From Dehalococcoidales bacterium (lineage in GTDB: Bacteria; Chloroflexota; Dehalococcoidia; Dehalococcoidales; Fen-1064), in NCBI GenBank assembly GCA_030654965.1, contig JAURWL010000086.1:102-64101 (forward strand): a stretch of 64,000 bases of DNA. The letters run 5' to 3'. How positions within the stretch are numbered: the stretch's first letter is position 1; each line of letters opens with the position of its first letter. The notes under the pieces are model-generated. The model did no database searches. It worked only from the letters and a program-made list of their open reading frames with translations, and was not told where the DNA came from. Positions 47,220-56,806 of the stretch are shown here, one piece after another. The translations under genes were made by a program, and so were the position numbers.

Positions 47220-49157
47220 ATGAAAGAAGAAAGCTTAGAGAGAGAACTTAGAGACCACTTTAATGCGGAAGTAAAAAAGGTAGAGCCATCTCCTGAGTGG
47301 TGGAACAACGCAATTTCGCGGCTGGGCGAGCAAAAACAGAACTCCCGGCCAGAAAAATCTGCCTTCTGGAAGCTTCGTCCTTCCCTGATTGCGGTGCCTC
47401 TTTCCATTTTCCTTCTGGTTGTGCTGGTGGGGAGCTTTATCCCCATGTTGGGTGGTATGGCGCCTCCACCCCCATCAGCCCCGCTTACAATTTCAGACCA
47501 GGCCAGCGGCGCTTTCCTGGTCTGGCTGGATAAACCTTATCATCAATATGAAGCTGTAATCCGCGCCCAGCATGTAGATGCTCAGGGCAATCACTTGTGG
47601 GGAGAGAAGGGACGGCAGATAGCCAGTAGTGATGCCTCGCTCAATGGTGCTGTGAGTGATGGTATAGGTGGTATGATTGTTGCCTGGAGGAACAGCAATG
47701 GTAGTTCTTTCGAGAGACTTGACCAAGCCGGTAATACTGTGTGGACACTGGAAAACATCACCTCGTGGTCAGTGATGGGAATGGTAGAGGATGGTTCCGG
47801 TGGCGCTATCCTCCTGTTGTATGACCGTAGTGACCGGATTTGTGCCCAGCGAGTGAGCGGTGATGGAATTCCTCTCTGGGGAGATGAGGGTGTGCTGGTT
47901 GACACTACTGGAGACGATTACCCTAATGCGTCCATCGCCAGTGACGGACAGGGCGGTGTTGTCGTAGTATGGCAGGAAAAAAGCGGCAGAGACATGATGA
48001 TTCGCGCCCAGCGCTTGAGTGGCGAAGGGCTAACCCTTTGGGGAAATGAAGGAATAATAGTAACTTCAATCGCAGAAGGACAGGGAAACTATATGCAGGT
48101 CATCGGCGATGGTCTGGGCAATTTTGTGGTTGCATGGGATACCGGATCTGTTACCCCTGATACTGACGTTTATGCCCAGAAATTAGATGATAATGGTAAT
48201 CCACAGTGGGGTGAAGGGATACTGGTCTGCCAGGACCAGGCGGCAGAGTCTTATAACCCTGCCAACATGCAGTCGCATCCCCAGATGGCTGCTGATGGTA
48301 CCGGCGGTGTTATCATTACCTGGCATGACCGTCGCAGAATACTGAACAGAGAAATATTTGCTCAAAGAATCAGTTCTGCCGGTGAGATGCTCTGGACTGA
48401 AAATGGTGTCTGGGTCTGGAACATCCCGGCAGATTATTTTATGACGACAAGCGGTATTCTGGATGCAACCATTATTCCTGACGGAGCCGGCGGCGCGGCT
48501 ATCGTCTGGACCGGCTACGAGGTTTCTTATACCAGGGATACGGTGATTTATGCTCAAAGATTAAGTCCGGATGGTCAGCGGCTCTGGTCGGAGGAAGAGG
48601 TTTATGGCGAGCCATCTTTCCAATCCCAGGGCAATTCCAGCATAGTTAGTGACGGAAAGGGTGGCATTATCATTGGCTCTCGTGTCGGTGAATCCAGTGG
48701 AGTTAGCCAGACAAACTCAGTTTACGCTCAAAGAATAAGCCCAAACGGCGACCGTCTGTGGGGAGAGAGTGGACTGGAAATCCAGAAGGTGTGTTCCGCT
48801 CTGACAGTGCAATTTATTGTATATGGAGCTATTCTAGCTGCCCTTCTTGTTCTTATCGGAGTATTCCGCAGAAATAGAATAGCCGGGATATTCACCGCTA
48901 TAATGCCGGTACTTCTCGGTATTGCCGGACTATTCAGCACCTTACTGGTGATTGGACCCTTCGGGTACACCTATGGATGGGCTTATATCCCGGATACAGC
49001 ATTAAACAAGCTGGGGGCTTTTCTAGTACCTCTTGCCGGACTGGTTATCGTGGTAGTGGGCATTAGTAAGAAAACCGTTACTAAGTGGGTAATGATTCCT
49101 GTGTTAGTATTCTGCACCCTGATATCTGTTATTGCTGGGCTGATATTCTTTTTTTAG
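47220..49157 (+). CDS. putative anti-sigma factor / membrane protein with eight AQR..G..LWG repeats and a C-terminal TM bundle
   Basis: It starts 5 nt after the sigma stop (GGAGG RBS). The order is a short N-terminal segment, a TM helix, eight ~50-aa repeats (for example VYAQRISPNGDRLWGESG), then ~4 TM helices. Confidence 0.7.
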   Translation: MKEESLERELRDHFNAEVKKVEPSPEWWNNAISRLGEQKQNSRPEKSAFWKLRPSLIAVPLSIFLLVVLVGSFIPMLGGMAPPPPSAPLTISDQASGAFLVWLDKPYHQYEAVIRAQHVDAQGNHLWGEKGRQIASSDASLNGAVSDGIGGMIVAWRNSNGSSFERLDQAGNTVWTLENITSWSVMGMVEDGSGGAILLLYDRSDRICAQRVSGDGIPLWGDEGVLVDTTGDDYPNASIASDGQGGVVVVWQEKSGRDMMIRAQRLSGEGLTLWGNEGIIVTSIAEGQGNYMQVIGDGLGNFVVAWDTGSVTPDTDVYAQKLDDNGNPQWGEGILVCQDQAAESYNPANMQSHPQMAADGTGGVIITWHDRRRILNREIFAQRISSAGEMLWTENGVWVWNIPADYFMTTSGILDATIIPDGAGGAAIVWTGYEVSYTRDTVIYAQRLSPDGQRLWSEEEVYGEPSFQSQGNSSIVSDGKGGIIIGSRVGESSGVSQTNSVYAQRISPNGDRLWGESGLEIQKVCSALTVQFIVYGAILAALLVLIGVFRRNRIAGIFTAIMPVLLGIAGLFSTLLVIGPFGYTYGWAYIPDTALNKLGAFLVPLAGLVIVVVGISKKTVTKWVMIPVLVFCTLISVIAGLIFFF

Positions 49158-49195
49158 CTATGGAGTTCTTGTATCAGCAAGTAACTCCATAGCTA
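49155..49195 (+). terminator. long hairpin overlapping the stop codon (terminator-like, no U-tract)
   Basis: TAGCTATGGAGTTCTTG-tatcag-CAAGtAACTCCATAGCTA. Confidence 0.5.
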
Positions 49196-49439
49196 AATTC
49201 TGCTGTATTTTTGTAAGTGGTTGGTGGAGCTGGGGTGATAATAGGCAGAACTTTTGAACTGGAATTCAGCCTCACAATCTAGCAACCAGCTCTCATAGAG
49301 GATGGTTGTAGCAATTTATTGTATAACGTTCAAAGGTTTCCCAATATATACTATAGTCTCAAGGTCGGGGAAATCGACGCTGAGAGTGAGTTACTCATTG
49401 TCTATAGCGATACCAAATGGGAAGTAGATGTGGTATGCC

Positions 49440-50651
49440 CTAACCAGTTTGAGTAATTCTCCCTGGCATCTTCATCCAACGGCCATGTCCAGCTAACTGG
49501 TGAATTTCATCAAGGGCTTTAGCTATCAGTTCTCGGTGGTAACTGCCGTCACCAAAAGCAGTGTCGGACGCCCATACTCGTTTGAAGTAGAGGTGCATAT
49601 CGTGGTCCCAGGTGAAGCCTATACCCCCGTGCATCTGAATCCCCTCAGCGACCACTTTCTTACAGGTGTCACCGCAGAAGCTCTTAGCCATAGAGACAGC
49701 TGTTATTGCATCGGGGTCGTCTTCTTTGATAGCTTCAGCCGCCCATTCCATAAGTGACCGAGCATACTCAAGCCCAATCACCAAGTCAGCTGCTCTGTGC
49801 TGGAGTGCCTGGAAGCTGCCAATAACTACACCGAATGCTACCCGCTCTTTCAAGTAGGCGACGGTCATCTCTAGCGCCTTCTCGCCTGCCCCTACCATCT
49901 CAGCACACAGCGCCGCTGTAGTGTGAAGCGCAATCTGCTTCATAATGGGCCAGCCCTGATGCAGTTCGCCCAGAATATTCTTGGCAGGTACTGGCACGTT
50001 CACAAAGACTACTTCATATTGCTTTCTTGTTTCATCCATAGTCTTAAGCCCGGTCGATAGTATACCCCATACCTCCCTAGTATCCAGTAAGAAGAGGGTG
50101 ATTCCTTCTTCCGGGTTTTCAGTGCGCTTGGTACGAGCAGCGATGAGCATATAATTAGCCACCTTGGCATCAGGGACAAACAGCTTGGTGCCGTTAATGA
50201 CATACTGGTCACCCTTGCGGTCAGCTCTGACATTTATACTATCAGCCCACCAGTCTCCATCTTCCTCCAGCGCAGCAAGCGTGCAAACTACCTCACCCCT
50301 GGCTATCTTAGGCAGTATTTCATCTTTTTGCTCCTTAGTGCCGAAAGCGAGAATGGGCAAACCAGCGAGAAGCAAAGTGGAAATGAAAGGGCTGGGTAGC
50401 ACTGTCCGTCCCATCTCTTCTAGCAAGATGGTCAGGTCTCTGAAGTTCATCCCCGTGCCCCCATATTCCTCGGGAAACACCAAACCCAGCCAGCCCAGTT
50501 CTGCCATCTTCTTCCACAACTCTGGTGAAAACCCCGTCTCATCTTTCATCAGCTCTCTGACACGCGTCATCGGGCATTCCTTAGCTATGAAGTCCCGAGA
50601 CATGGTCTTGAGCATTTCCTGCTGTTCATTAAGTCCATATTCTATTGGCAT
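49440..50651 (-). CDS. acyl-CoA dehydrogenase (paralogue of 20941..22077)
   Basis: ...SPELWKKMAELGWLGLVFPEEYGG... and IHGGIGFTWDHDMHLYFKR are shared with the other copy. Confidence 0.9.
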   Translation of the reverse strand: MPIEYGLNEQQEMLKTMSRDFIAKECPMTRVRELMKDETGFSPELWKKMAELGWLGLVFPEEYGGTGMNFRDLTILLEEMGRTVLPSPFISTLLLAGLPILAFGTKEQKDEILPKIARGEVVCTLAALEEDGDWWADSINVRADRKGDQYVINGTKLFVPDAKVANYMLIAARTKRTENPEEGITLFLLDTREVWGILSTGLKTMDETRKQYEVVFVNVPVPAKNILGELHQGWPIMKQIALHTTAALCAEMVGAGEKALEMTVAYLKERVAFGVVIGSFQALQHRAADLVIGLEYARSLMEWAAEAIKEDDPDAITAVSMAKSFCGDTCKKVVAEGIQMHGGIGFTWDHDMHLYFKRVWASDTAFGDGSYHRELIAKALDEIHQLAGHGRWMKMPGRITQTG

Positions 50652-50725
50652 ATCCAGTGCTCCTTTCCCTTAATCTTAATATCGTAATAATCGAATAAAT
50701 GCTGGGTGTGAACTGTCTTCGGGAA

Positions 50726-51946
50726 CTATGCTCTGCTTTTGGGCAGCCCGAGCATCCTCTCGGCAATAATGCCACGGTTGATTTCTGTAGTGCCCGTCTC
50801 TATGGTGTTACCGCGCGTCCTGAGAAAGGTGTATGCCCAGCTACCATCATCCAGTGCCCGTTTATCGCCTTTCATAAATTGAATGTTGGCACCCATGATT
50901 TCCGCTACCATGTTCGCCTGGCGTTGGTTTTTCTCACGAGAAAATATACTGCTTATAGACTGTTCGTTTCCAGTAGTTTGTTTTTTCTGCGCCTTCACGC
51001 GCATACGTTCGCGACTGTACCTCATGGCCTCGTTCTCGATAGCGAATTGGGCTATTCTTTGCCTGAACACCGGGTCCTCCCATACTACCTTGCCACGTCG
51101 CTTCGTATTCTTGGCTAGTTCGACGAAATTGTCGACACCTCCCAGAGAGGTCAACTCTATACGCCTTGAGGGCGCGAGAAATTGAAAACCGCCGCCTCTC
51201 TCCGCCTCAAGGGTAGCCATAGCCACATACCAACCTTTGCCCTCTTCCCCCACCATATTCTCATGGGGAATCCGCATGTTATCGAAAAACGTTTCGCCAA
51301 ATTCGGAATCACCAGTCATCTGCCTTAGAGGCCTTACCTCAAAGCCCGGGCTCTTACAGTCAAAGACAAAGTAGCTCAGATTACGATGTCTCGGTGCTTT
51401 AAGGTCTGTCCTTACCGGCGCCACACCCCAGTCAGCGAATTTCGCGCCGCTGGTCCACACACTTTGTCCATTAACTACCCACTCATCGCCATCCCTTACA
51501 CCAGTCTTCTGAATGTTTGCCAGGTCCGAACCTGCATTGGGTTCAGAGAAGCACTCGCACCAGCTTTCCTCGCCACTTAATATCTTAGGGATGAAACGCT
51601 TCTTTTGCCACTCCTTACCATACCGCAGGAGGGTTGGTAGTACGATGGACGGACCTAAGGACCCCGCCAGTGGGGGTGCGCCGGTATGTGTCAGTTCTTC
51701 TCGGATAACCGCCATCTCCTCTCGAGAGCGTTCGATACCACCGTATTCCTTAGGAACGCCGAACCCTGTATAACCGGCATCATAAAGCTTTTTTTGCCAC
51801 TGCTTACCGAGTTCGTGCGCCTCTTTACTACCTCGCTCCGGTGCCACATACTCGGGTGTCCCCCACCCCTTGGGTAGATTTTTCCTCAGGAAGGCACGAA
51901 TTTCTTGCCTTAAAGCGTCCAACTTTCCTGTTTCCTCGACAGCCAT
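50726..51946 (-). CDS. acyl-CoA dehydrogenase (paralogue of 19742..20926)
   Basis: CFSEPNAGSDL, WTSGA and GTTEINRGIIA motifs. Confidence 0.9.
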   Translation of the reverse strand: MAVEETGKLDALRQEIRAFLRKNLPKGWGTPEYVAPERGSKEAHELGKQWQKKLYDAGYTGFGVPKEYGGIERSREEMAVIREELTHTGAPPLAGSLGPSIVLPTLLRYGKEWQKKRFIPKILSGEESWCECFSEPNAGSDLANIQKTGVRDGDEWVVNGQSVWTSGAKFADWGVAPVRTDLKAPRHRNLSYFVFDCKSPGFEVRPLRQMTGDSEFGETFFDNMRIPHENMVGEEGKGWYVAMATLEAERGGGFQFLAPSRRIELTSLGGVDNFVELAKNTKRRGKVVWEDPVFRQRIAQFAIENEAMRYSRERMRVKAQKKQTTGNEQSISSIFSREKNQRQANMVAEIMGANIQFMKGDKRALDDGSWAYTFLRTRGNTIETGTTEINRGIIAERMLGLPKSRA

Positions 51947-52265
51947 ATTTACACTCCTTTCATAGCATTACCGATATTCATTGGCTTCAAACTGAGTAAA
52001 CCGCCAACGACCAACACGAAATTCCTACGCAGACCTTTCGCGTTCATATAATTTAATGGACGCAGAAAGAAATGTCAAATATTTTTTTATCGTGTTTAAT
52101 CACACATGACTTGTTTTGTTCCGGCTTAGTATTAGGTATGATGAGCTCTTTTGTGCAACGCTACTTGCGGGAACAGGTACTCAAGTTCTTCGAGGCAAAG
52201 CCAAAGAAGCCTGTTAAGAAGGGTTGACCTGAATAGGTTTTACCGGGGGTTTTATTAGGTTTTAC

Positions 52266-52338
52266 TGGAGCTGAGGGGATTCGAACCCCTTACCTCCTCG
52301 TTGCGAACGAGGCGCTCTCCCTACTGAGCTACAGCCCC
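52266..52338 (-). tRNA. tRNA-Ala (anticodon CGC)
   Basis: Minus-strand read: GGGGCTG-TA-GCTC-AGTAGGGA-GAGC-G-CCTCG-TTCGCAA-CGAGG-AGGTA-AGGGG-TTCGAAT-CCCCT-CAGCTCC-A. It has the G3:U70 alanine identity pair; CCA is not encoded. Confidence 0.93.
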
Positions 52339-52375
52339 AAGATGGTAAATTATTTATCTTCGTTTAGCGGAACTA

Positions 52376-52460
52376 GAATCCCTTATTCCCTCAGCTCCGC
52401 TGGGGACAAACTTCCCGACACGAACGAGGCGCTTCCCGATGAAATCGGGACTACAGCCCC
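52376..52460. repeat. scrambled partial copy of tRNA-Ala
   Basis: GAATCC(cttattc)CCTCAGCTCC (52376-52398) is an inverted copy of the tRNA 3' end (52267-52282). CGAACGAGGCGCT (52421-52433) and CTACAGCCCC (52451-52460) are direct copies of the anticodon-arm and 5'-acceptor segments. Confidence 0.7.
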
Positions 52461-52552
52461 ACGTCTTCTGACGTCATTTATTATAGCATATTCACGCCTG
52501 TTCCCTTAATGTATTTAGCATTCCGCTGGTGAATATGTGAAGACTCGCGATT

Positions 52553-53329
52553 CTATGGGACTGTCACAACGAGAACTATGGGGCAGTGGTCCGAGCCTGT
52601 AACCTCGGGCATAATAGCCGCTTTTACCAGATGACTCTTCAGGTTTTCCGTGACAAAGAAATAGTCGATTCTCCAGCCCACATTTCTTTCCCTTGCCCGT
52701 GACTTCATGTCCCACCAGGTGTATTGCCCTGGCTCCTTATTGAAATGTCGGAAGGTGTCAATATACCCGCGGGCAACCAGCTTGTCCAGCCATGCCCTTT
52801 CCACCGGCAGGAAGCCGGAAATCTTCGCGTTCTCTTTCGGCCGCGCGAGGTCGATTTCCTGATGGGCAGTATTATAGTCGCCGCAGATGATGAGCTTTTC
52901 TCCCTTGAGACGAAGAGGTTCGATGTAGTCCAGAAAGGCATCGTAGAAGTCCAGTTTGAACTTGAGACGCTCTTCGCTTTGCTTGCCATTCGGAAAATAG
53001 ATATTGAAGAGGGTGAAACCGGGGTGCTCGGAAATGATAACCCTGCCCTCTCTATCAAACTCGGGCACGCCAAAACCATTCTGCACTTTCAGAGGTTTTT
53101 CTCTACTGAAGGTGGCAACGCCGGCGTATCCCTTTTTCTCCGGGAAATTCCAATATGTATGATAGCCCGGCGGCTTCAGCAGTTCTTCAGGCAGGTCAGT
53201 CGGCGTGGCTTTTGTTTCCTGGAGGCAGAGGATGTTCGGCGACTCACGGGCAAGCCAGTCCAGAAAACCGCGCTTCATTACCGCGCGGATGCCATTCACA
53301 TTCCAGCAAAGGAGCTTCATTTCGCGCAC
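52553..53329 (-). CDS. xth: exodeoxyribonuclease III
   Basis: WNVNGIRA, ...QETK..., ...SDHCP motifs; 258 aa. Confidence 0.93.
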   Translation of the reverse strand: MREMKLLCWNVNGIRAVMKRGFLDWLARESPNILCLQETKATPTDLPEELLKPPGYHTYWNFPEKKGYAGVATFSREKPLKVQNGFGVPEFDREGRVIISEHPGFTLFNIYFPNGKQSEERLKFKLDFYDAFLDYIEPLRLKGEKLIICGDYNTAHQEIDLARPKENAKISGFLPVERAWLDKLVARGYIDTFRHFNKEPGQYTWWDMKSRARERNVGWRIDYFFVTENLKSHLVKAAIMPEVTGSDHCPIVLVVTVP

Positions 53330-53339
53330 CGGAACGCTC

Positions 53340-54617
53340 CTAAACGCCCAGATACTTCTTTGCCAGCCGCACCAGAAAGTCGGACTTCAGACGGAGACTC
53401 TCAATATCCAGCTTTTCATCTTTACCATGGACAGAGGCTTTCATTGCCGGGTCAATTTTGAAAGTCATCATCCCGATGCCGTAGCTGGGGACGCCCATCT
53501 CCCGCATATATCGTGAGTCCGTGGCGCCGGCGCAAATGGTCGGCATGACCGTCACTTCCCCGAGGCACTCCTTCAGCGTGTCTGTGATAAGACGGTAGGC
53601 ATCTGTATCCGTGGAGGAAAGGGTCGGGGCGTGATACTGGATTGTCTCGATTTCAGTATCGCCGAGGATGGGTTTCAGTTCATTGAGGACATACTTTTTA
53701 TTCTGTCCGGGTAGAATTCGTATATCCACCTCCGCCTGACAGCTATCGGGAACGATATTGGTCTTCACGCCACCCTGTATCACATTCGGGGAAATGGTCA
53801 TACGGGTGATGGCTCTCAGGTAAGCGGATAAAGAGACATCTTTCAGGTGAGAGAACAGTTCGTTGAGGTTACCCTCATTGACCTCTTTGGGAAAGCCGTT
53901 TAGCTCAGCAATGGACTGAATCAGGTGCTTCACCTCCGGTGTCAGGACGACGCGCGGCGTGTAGTTCGCCAGGCTGTTGAGCACCTTTGCCATTTTCACG
54001 ACGGCATTATTCGGCAGGTAGGGCACGGAGCCGTGTCCGGCAACACCTTTCGTTTTCAGCTTGAGCCACGAAGGTCCCTTTTCCCCGACACTGATGAAGT
54101 GGCAGGGCTTTCCATTGATACCGACCGGCGCTTCTGCTCCCTCGTTGACGGCAAAATCCGCCCTGATTTTCTCCGGGAAATGCTCGGCAAGATATTGAGC
54201 GCCCATTTTACCGCCGGTCTCCTCATCAGCGGTGGCGGCGAAGATGAGTCTCCCTTTTAGTCTGGTGGTTTGCGCCAGGGTGAGCATGGCAAATGCCTCG
54301 GCGGCAACCAGTCCCTTGCAGTCCAGCGCGCCACGCCCGTGCACAAAACCATCCTTAATCTCGCCTGAAAAGGGAGGGAAGCTCCAGCCATCGGATACAG
54401 GCACGACATCTGCGTGGGAAAGATAAAGGAGACTCCGTTTACCCTCACCTAACGTAGCGATGAAACTGGCGCGCCCCGGGCTGGATTCGATAATTTCGCT
54501 GGGTATTTTCTGCTGGTCGAAAAGTTTTTTCAGGTAGGTGGCAACCCCGATTTCCCCGCCGGGCGGGTTGACGGACTCTATACGGATGATGTCGGAGAGG
54601 ATGGTTTCGATTTTCAT
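53340..54617 (-). CDS. M20-family metallopeptidase (ArgE/DapE/CPG2-like)
   Basis: SHADVVP, GRGALDCKG, ...ADEETGG... The MKIETILSD start at 54617 is preferred because it abuts the upstream stop. Confidence 0.85.
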   Translation of the reverse strand: MKIETILSDIIRIESVNPPGGEIGVATYLKKLFDQQKIPSEIIESSPGRASFIATLGEGKRSLLYLSHADVVPVSDGWSFPPFSGEIKDGFVHGRGALDCKGLVAAEAFAMLTLAQTTRLKGRLIFAATADEETGGKMGAQYLAEHFPEKIRADFAVNEGAEAPVGINGKPCHFISVGEKGPSWLKLKTKGVAGHGSVPYLPNNAVVKMAKVLNSLANYTPRVVLTPEVKHLIQSIAELNGFPKEVNEGNLNELFSHLKDVSLSAYLRAITRMTISPNVIQGGVKTNIVPDSCQAEVDIRILPGQNKKYVLNELKPILGDTEIETIQYHAPTLSSTDTDAYRLITDTLKECLGEVTVMPTICAGATDSRYMREMGVPSYGIGMMTFKIDPAMKASVHGKDEKLDIESLRLKSDFLVRLAKKYLGV

Positions 54618-54619
54618 AC

Positions 54620-55210
54620 TCACCCTCCTTGTCTGGCAGTGCCCTCCGCCAGCTTCTGCCCCCACTGGAAAGCCTGCTGTAACGCTTCAGGATGCTTGAG
54701 GATGGCGCCCTTTTCATCGACGCCGCTCACCAGTAGCTCCCCGGCATAGTCGACATTGATGACATGGAACAGGGTTTTTACTACCGCCAGAGATGGCTCG
54801 AACATGTTCTTCAAACGTGTCCCGGATACCGAGAGGAAAAATCCCCTTCTATTTTTCATAGGAGACAGGGGCGGGATTTTCAGCACGTATTTGCGTGCCC
54901 AGAGACACTGACAGCGGTCTATCATCGCCTTCAAGGGTGCGGTGATGCCGGCAAACTGCACCGGCGAAGCCAGCACGATGACATCCGCCTCAGCCAGCTT
55001 ATCGTAAATCTTCTGCATATCGTCCTGGATACGGCACTTCCCCTCTTTGAGACAGGAATCGCAGTGCACACAGGTGCTGAACTTCAGATTCTGCAGGAAA
55101 ACTGCCTCCACTTCTGCCCCTTTGCTGGCGGCGCCTTTCAACAACTCGGCAAGCAGAAGGTCCGTATTCCCTTGTCGACGGGGACTGCCGGCAATAGCGA
55201 GGACTTTCAC
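54620..55210 (-). CDS. flavodoxin-like FMN reductase / iron-sulfur flavoprotein
   Basis: MKVLAIAGSPRRQGNT... and a Cys cluster CVHCDSCLKEGKC. Confidence 0.8.
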   Translation of the reverse strand: MKVLAIAGSPRRQGNTDLLLAELLKGAASKGAEVEAVFLQNLKFSTCVHCDSCLKEGKCRIQDDMQKIYDKLAEADVIVLASPVQFAGITAPLKAMIDRCQCLWARKYVLKIPPLSPMKNRRGFFLSVSGTRLKNMFEPSLAVVKTLFHVINVDYAGELLVSGVDEKGAILKHPEALQQAFQWGQKLAEGTARQGG

Positions 55211-55677
55211 AACAATTTCTCCTCAATGATTTTCATAATAGCCGCCTCCCGTTTACGCATCACCCGCCTGTGTCCCGGGGTATCGTGGTCGTAACCGAGC
55301 AGATGAAGTACACCGTGAATAATCAGAACTGCTACCTCTTTCTTCACTGTATGCCCGTGTTCTTTTGCCTGTTTCTTTGCCTGCGGGTAAGAGATAACAA
55401 CCTCGCCGAGATGGAGAGCATTATCCGGCGGTGTTATAAAACTGTTGCCATCAACATCCGACTCCGTCATCGGGAAGGAGAGGACATCGGTCGGGGTATC
55501 CTCTTCAAGATAGAGACGATTCAGCTCCTGGATTTTGTCCTGTCCGGTAACGACCAGTCCGATTTCAACCAGCGGATTGACATGTTCGGCAAGGAGCACC
55601 TGCCCGGCGACTTTTTCCAGCCAGACGGCGGTAAGCGCGCGCTTGAACTCTTGGTCAATCAGTATGCCGATTTCCAT
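55207..55677 (-). CDS. ybeY: rRNA maturation endoribonuclease YbeY
   Basis: HGVLHLLGYDH zinc motif. The MEIGILIDQ start at 55677 gives the usual ~155-aa size; the ORF-track N-terminal extension runs into AT-rich foreign DNA. Confidence 0.88.
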   Translation of the reverse strand: MEIGILIDQEFKRALTAVWLEKVAGQVLLAEHVNPLVEIGLVVTGQDKIQELNRLYLEEDTPTDVLSFPMTESDVDGNSFITPPDNALHLGEVVISYPQAKKQAKEHGHTVKKEVAVLIIHGVLHLLGYDHDTPGHRRVMRKREAAIMKIIEEKLL

Positions 55678-55774
55678 TTGAGCTAATGATAACACGAGAG
55701 GGGGGGTTACTGGAACTGGGCGTTTTATGATATTATACGGGTAGTGTATCATTTTGCTTAACGCAATATTGATA

Positions 55775-55802
55775 TTGACATTCCAGCTTGAAACCATATA
55801 AT
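55775..55802 (+). promoter_or_regulatory. near-consensus sigma70 promoter of the AT-rich three-gene cassette
   Basis: TTGACA (55775-55780), 16 nt, TATAAT (55797-55802). Confidence 0.6.
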
Positions 55803-55838
55803 ATATTCAAACTGAACATAAGTATAGGTAGTGACCCA

Positions 55839-56513
55839 ATGATAAATATTAGGATTGAGCTTGAGTTAACTATTGACAAAATGTCAGAAGCTCCAACACC
55901 AGCGCATATTATATTCGATAAGTTAAGTGACAGTAACCGCCCCAGAATACCACCCAAAGAACCTGGAGTTGCTATCCGTGATGAACAAATTAAACGTGCT
56001 TTCAGATGGGATTATAAGTCATGCAGTATCCTTTATGAAGATGTGAGCAACTATGACAACTGGATAGCACAGATAATTAAGGTTTTAGATGATGTAAATA
56101 ATGCTGTACCTATAAGAAAGATAACAGAAGAAGTATTACGTACATTTTGGGTCATTCCAACTAAGTATGATTTCTCAACACTCGAATCAAAATATCGTTT
56201 TATGTTTATTAAGGATAATCCGTTATTCAGTAATATTTTAGATTCTACAATAGTAGTAGAGAGTAGAATAGATTTAGGAGAATTTCATCATCAAAGTGGA
56301 GCGATGAAGATAAATCAATTACAAACACAATTTAGAGTATTCAAATTGAAGAATGATTTTCCAAAGGTCTTCCTATTCTTAGATGCGACCGTCACGGCTA
56401 AAGATAATGTTGAATATTCTAACCAATATATGCGAGAATACATTCAGAAGGCATTTCAAATATGTAAGTCACATTCTGATAGTTTTGAAAAAACAATGGA
56501 GGCAATAGTATGA
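55839..56513 (+). CDS. hypothetical soluble protein (224 aa), cassette gene 1
   Basis: AT-rich ORF; the ATG at 55839 is downstream of the promoter. No TM helices and no domain I can name. Confidence 0.55.
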   Translation: MINIRIELELTIDKMSEAPTPAHIIFDKLSDSNRPRIPPKEPGVAIRDEQIKRAFRWDYKSCSILYEDVSNYDNWIAQIIKVLDDVNNAVPIRKITEEVLRTFWVIPTKYDFSTLESKYRFMFIKDNPLFSNILDSTIVVESRIDLGEFHHQSGAMKINQLQTQFRVFKLKNDFPKVFLFLDATVTAKDNVEYSNQYMREYIQKAFQICKSHSDSFEKTMEAIV

Positions 56514-56800
56514 GTAGCATACCATACAAAATTAGTTCTATATATTATGACGATATAGAAATGTACTCGTCAGAACAACTTGGATATTCTATAGACGTGC
56601 GTGATGAACAACAATCTTCTTTTTACAGTTTAATGAAAGTATTATCGAGTATTATTGTTCTTGGATTCCTAGCCATATTCATTCTTAGTCTTGTCTCTAT
56701 TCTTTCTTTACATTGGTCTATAGGTCTAATTGGCTTATTAGGTAGCATCGGCTTATCTGGGTCAATCTGGTTATCAAAAAAATCGTTAACAATTAGATAG
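56510..56800 (+). CDS. hypothetical small membrane protein (96 aa, 2 TM), cassette gene 2
   Basis: Its start overlaps the gene 1 stop (ATGA). Hydrophobic stretches: IIVLGFLAIFILSLVSILSL and IGLIGLLGSIGLSGSIWL. Confidence 0.55.
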   Translation: MSSIPYKISSIYYDDIEMYSSEQLGYSIDVRDEQQSSFYSLMKVLSSIIVLGFLAIFILSLVSILSLHWSIGLIGLLGSIGLSGSIWLSKKSLTIR

Positions 56801-56806
56801 AGGATA

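Noticed and set aside
55677-55797. N-terminal 40-codon extension of ybeY suggested by the ORF track (start at 55797)
   Set aside because: The extension runs into the AT-rich cassette promoter region, has no similarity to YbeY and would give an atypically long protein. The internal ATG at 55677 gives the canonical size.
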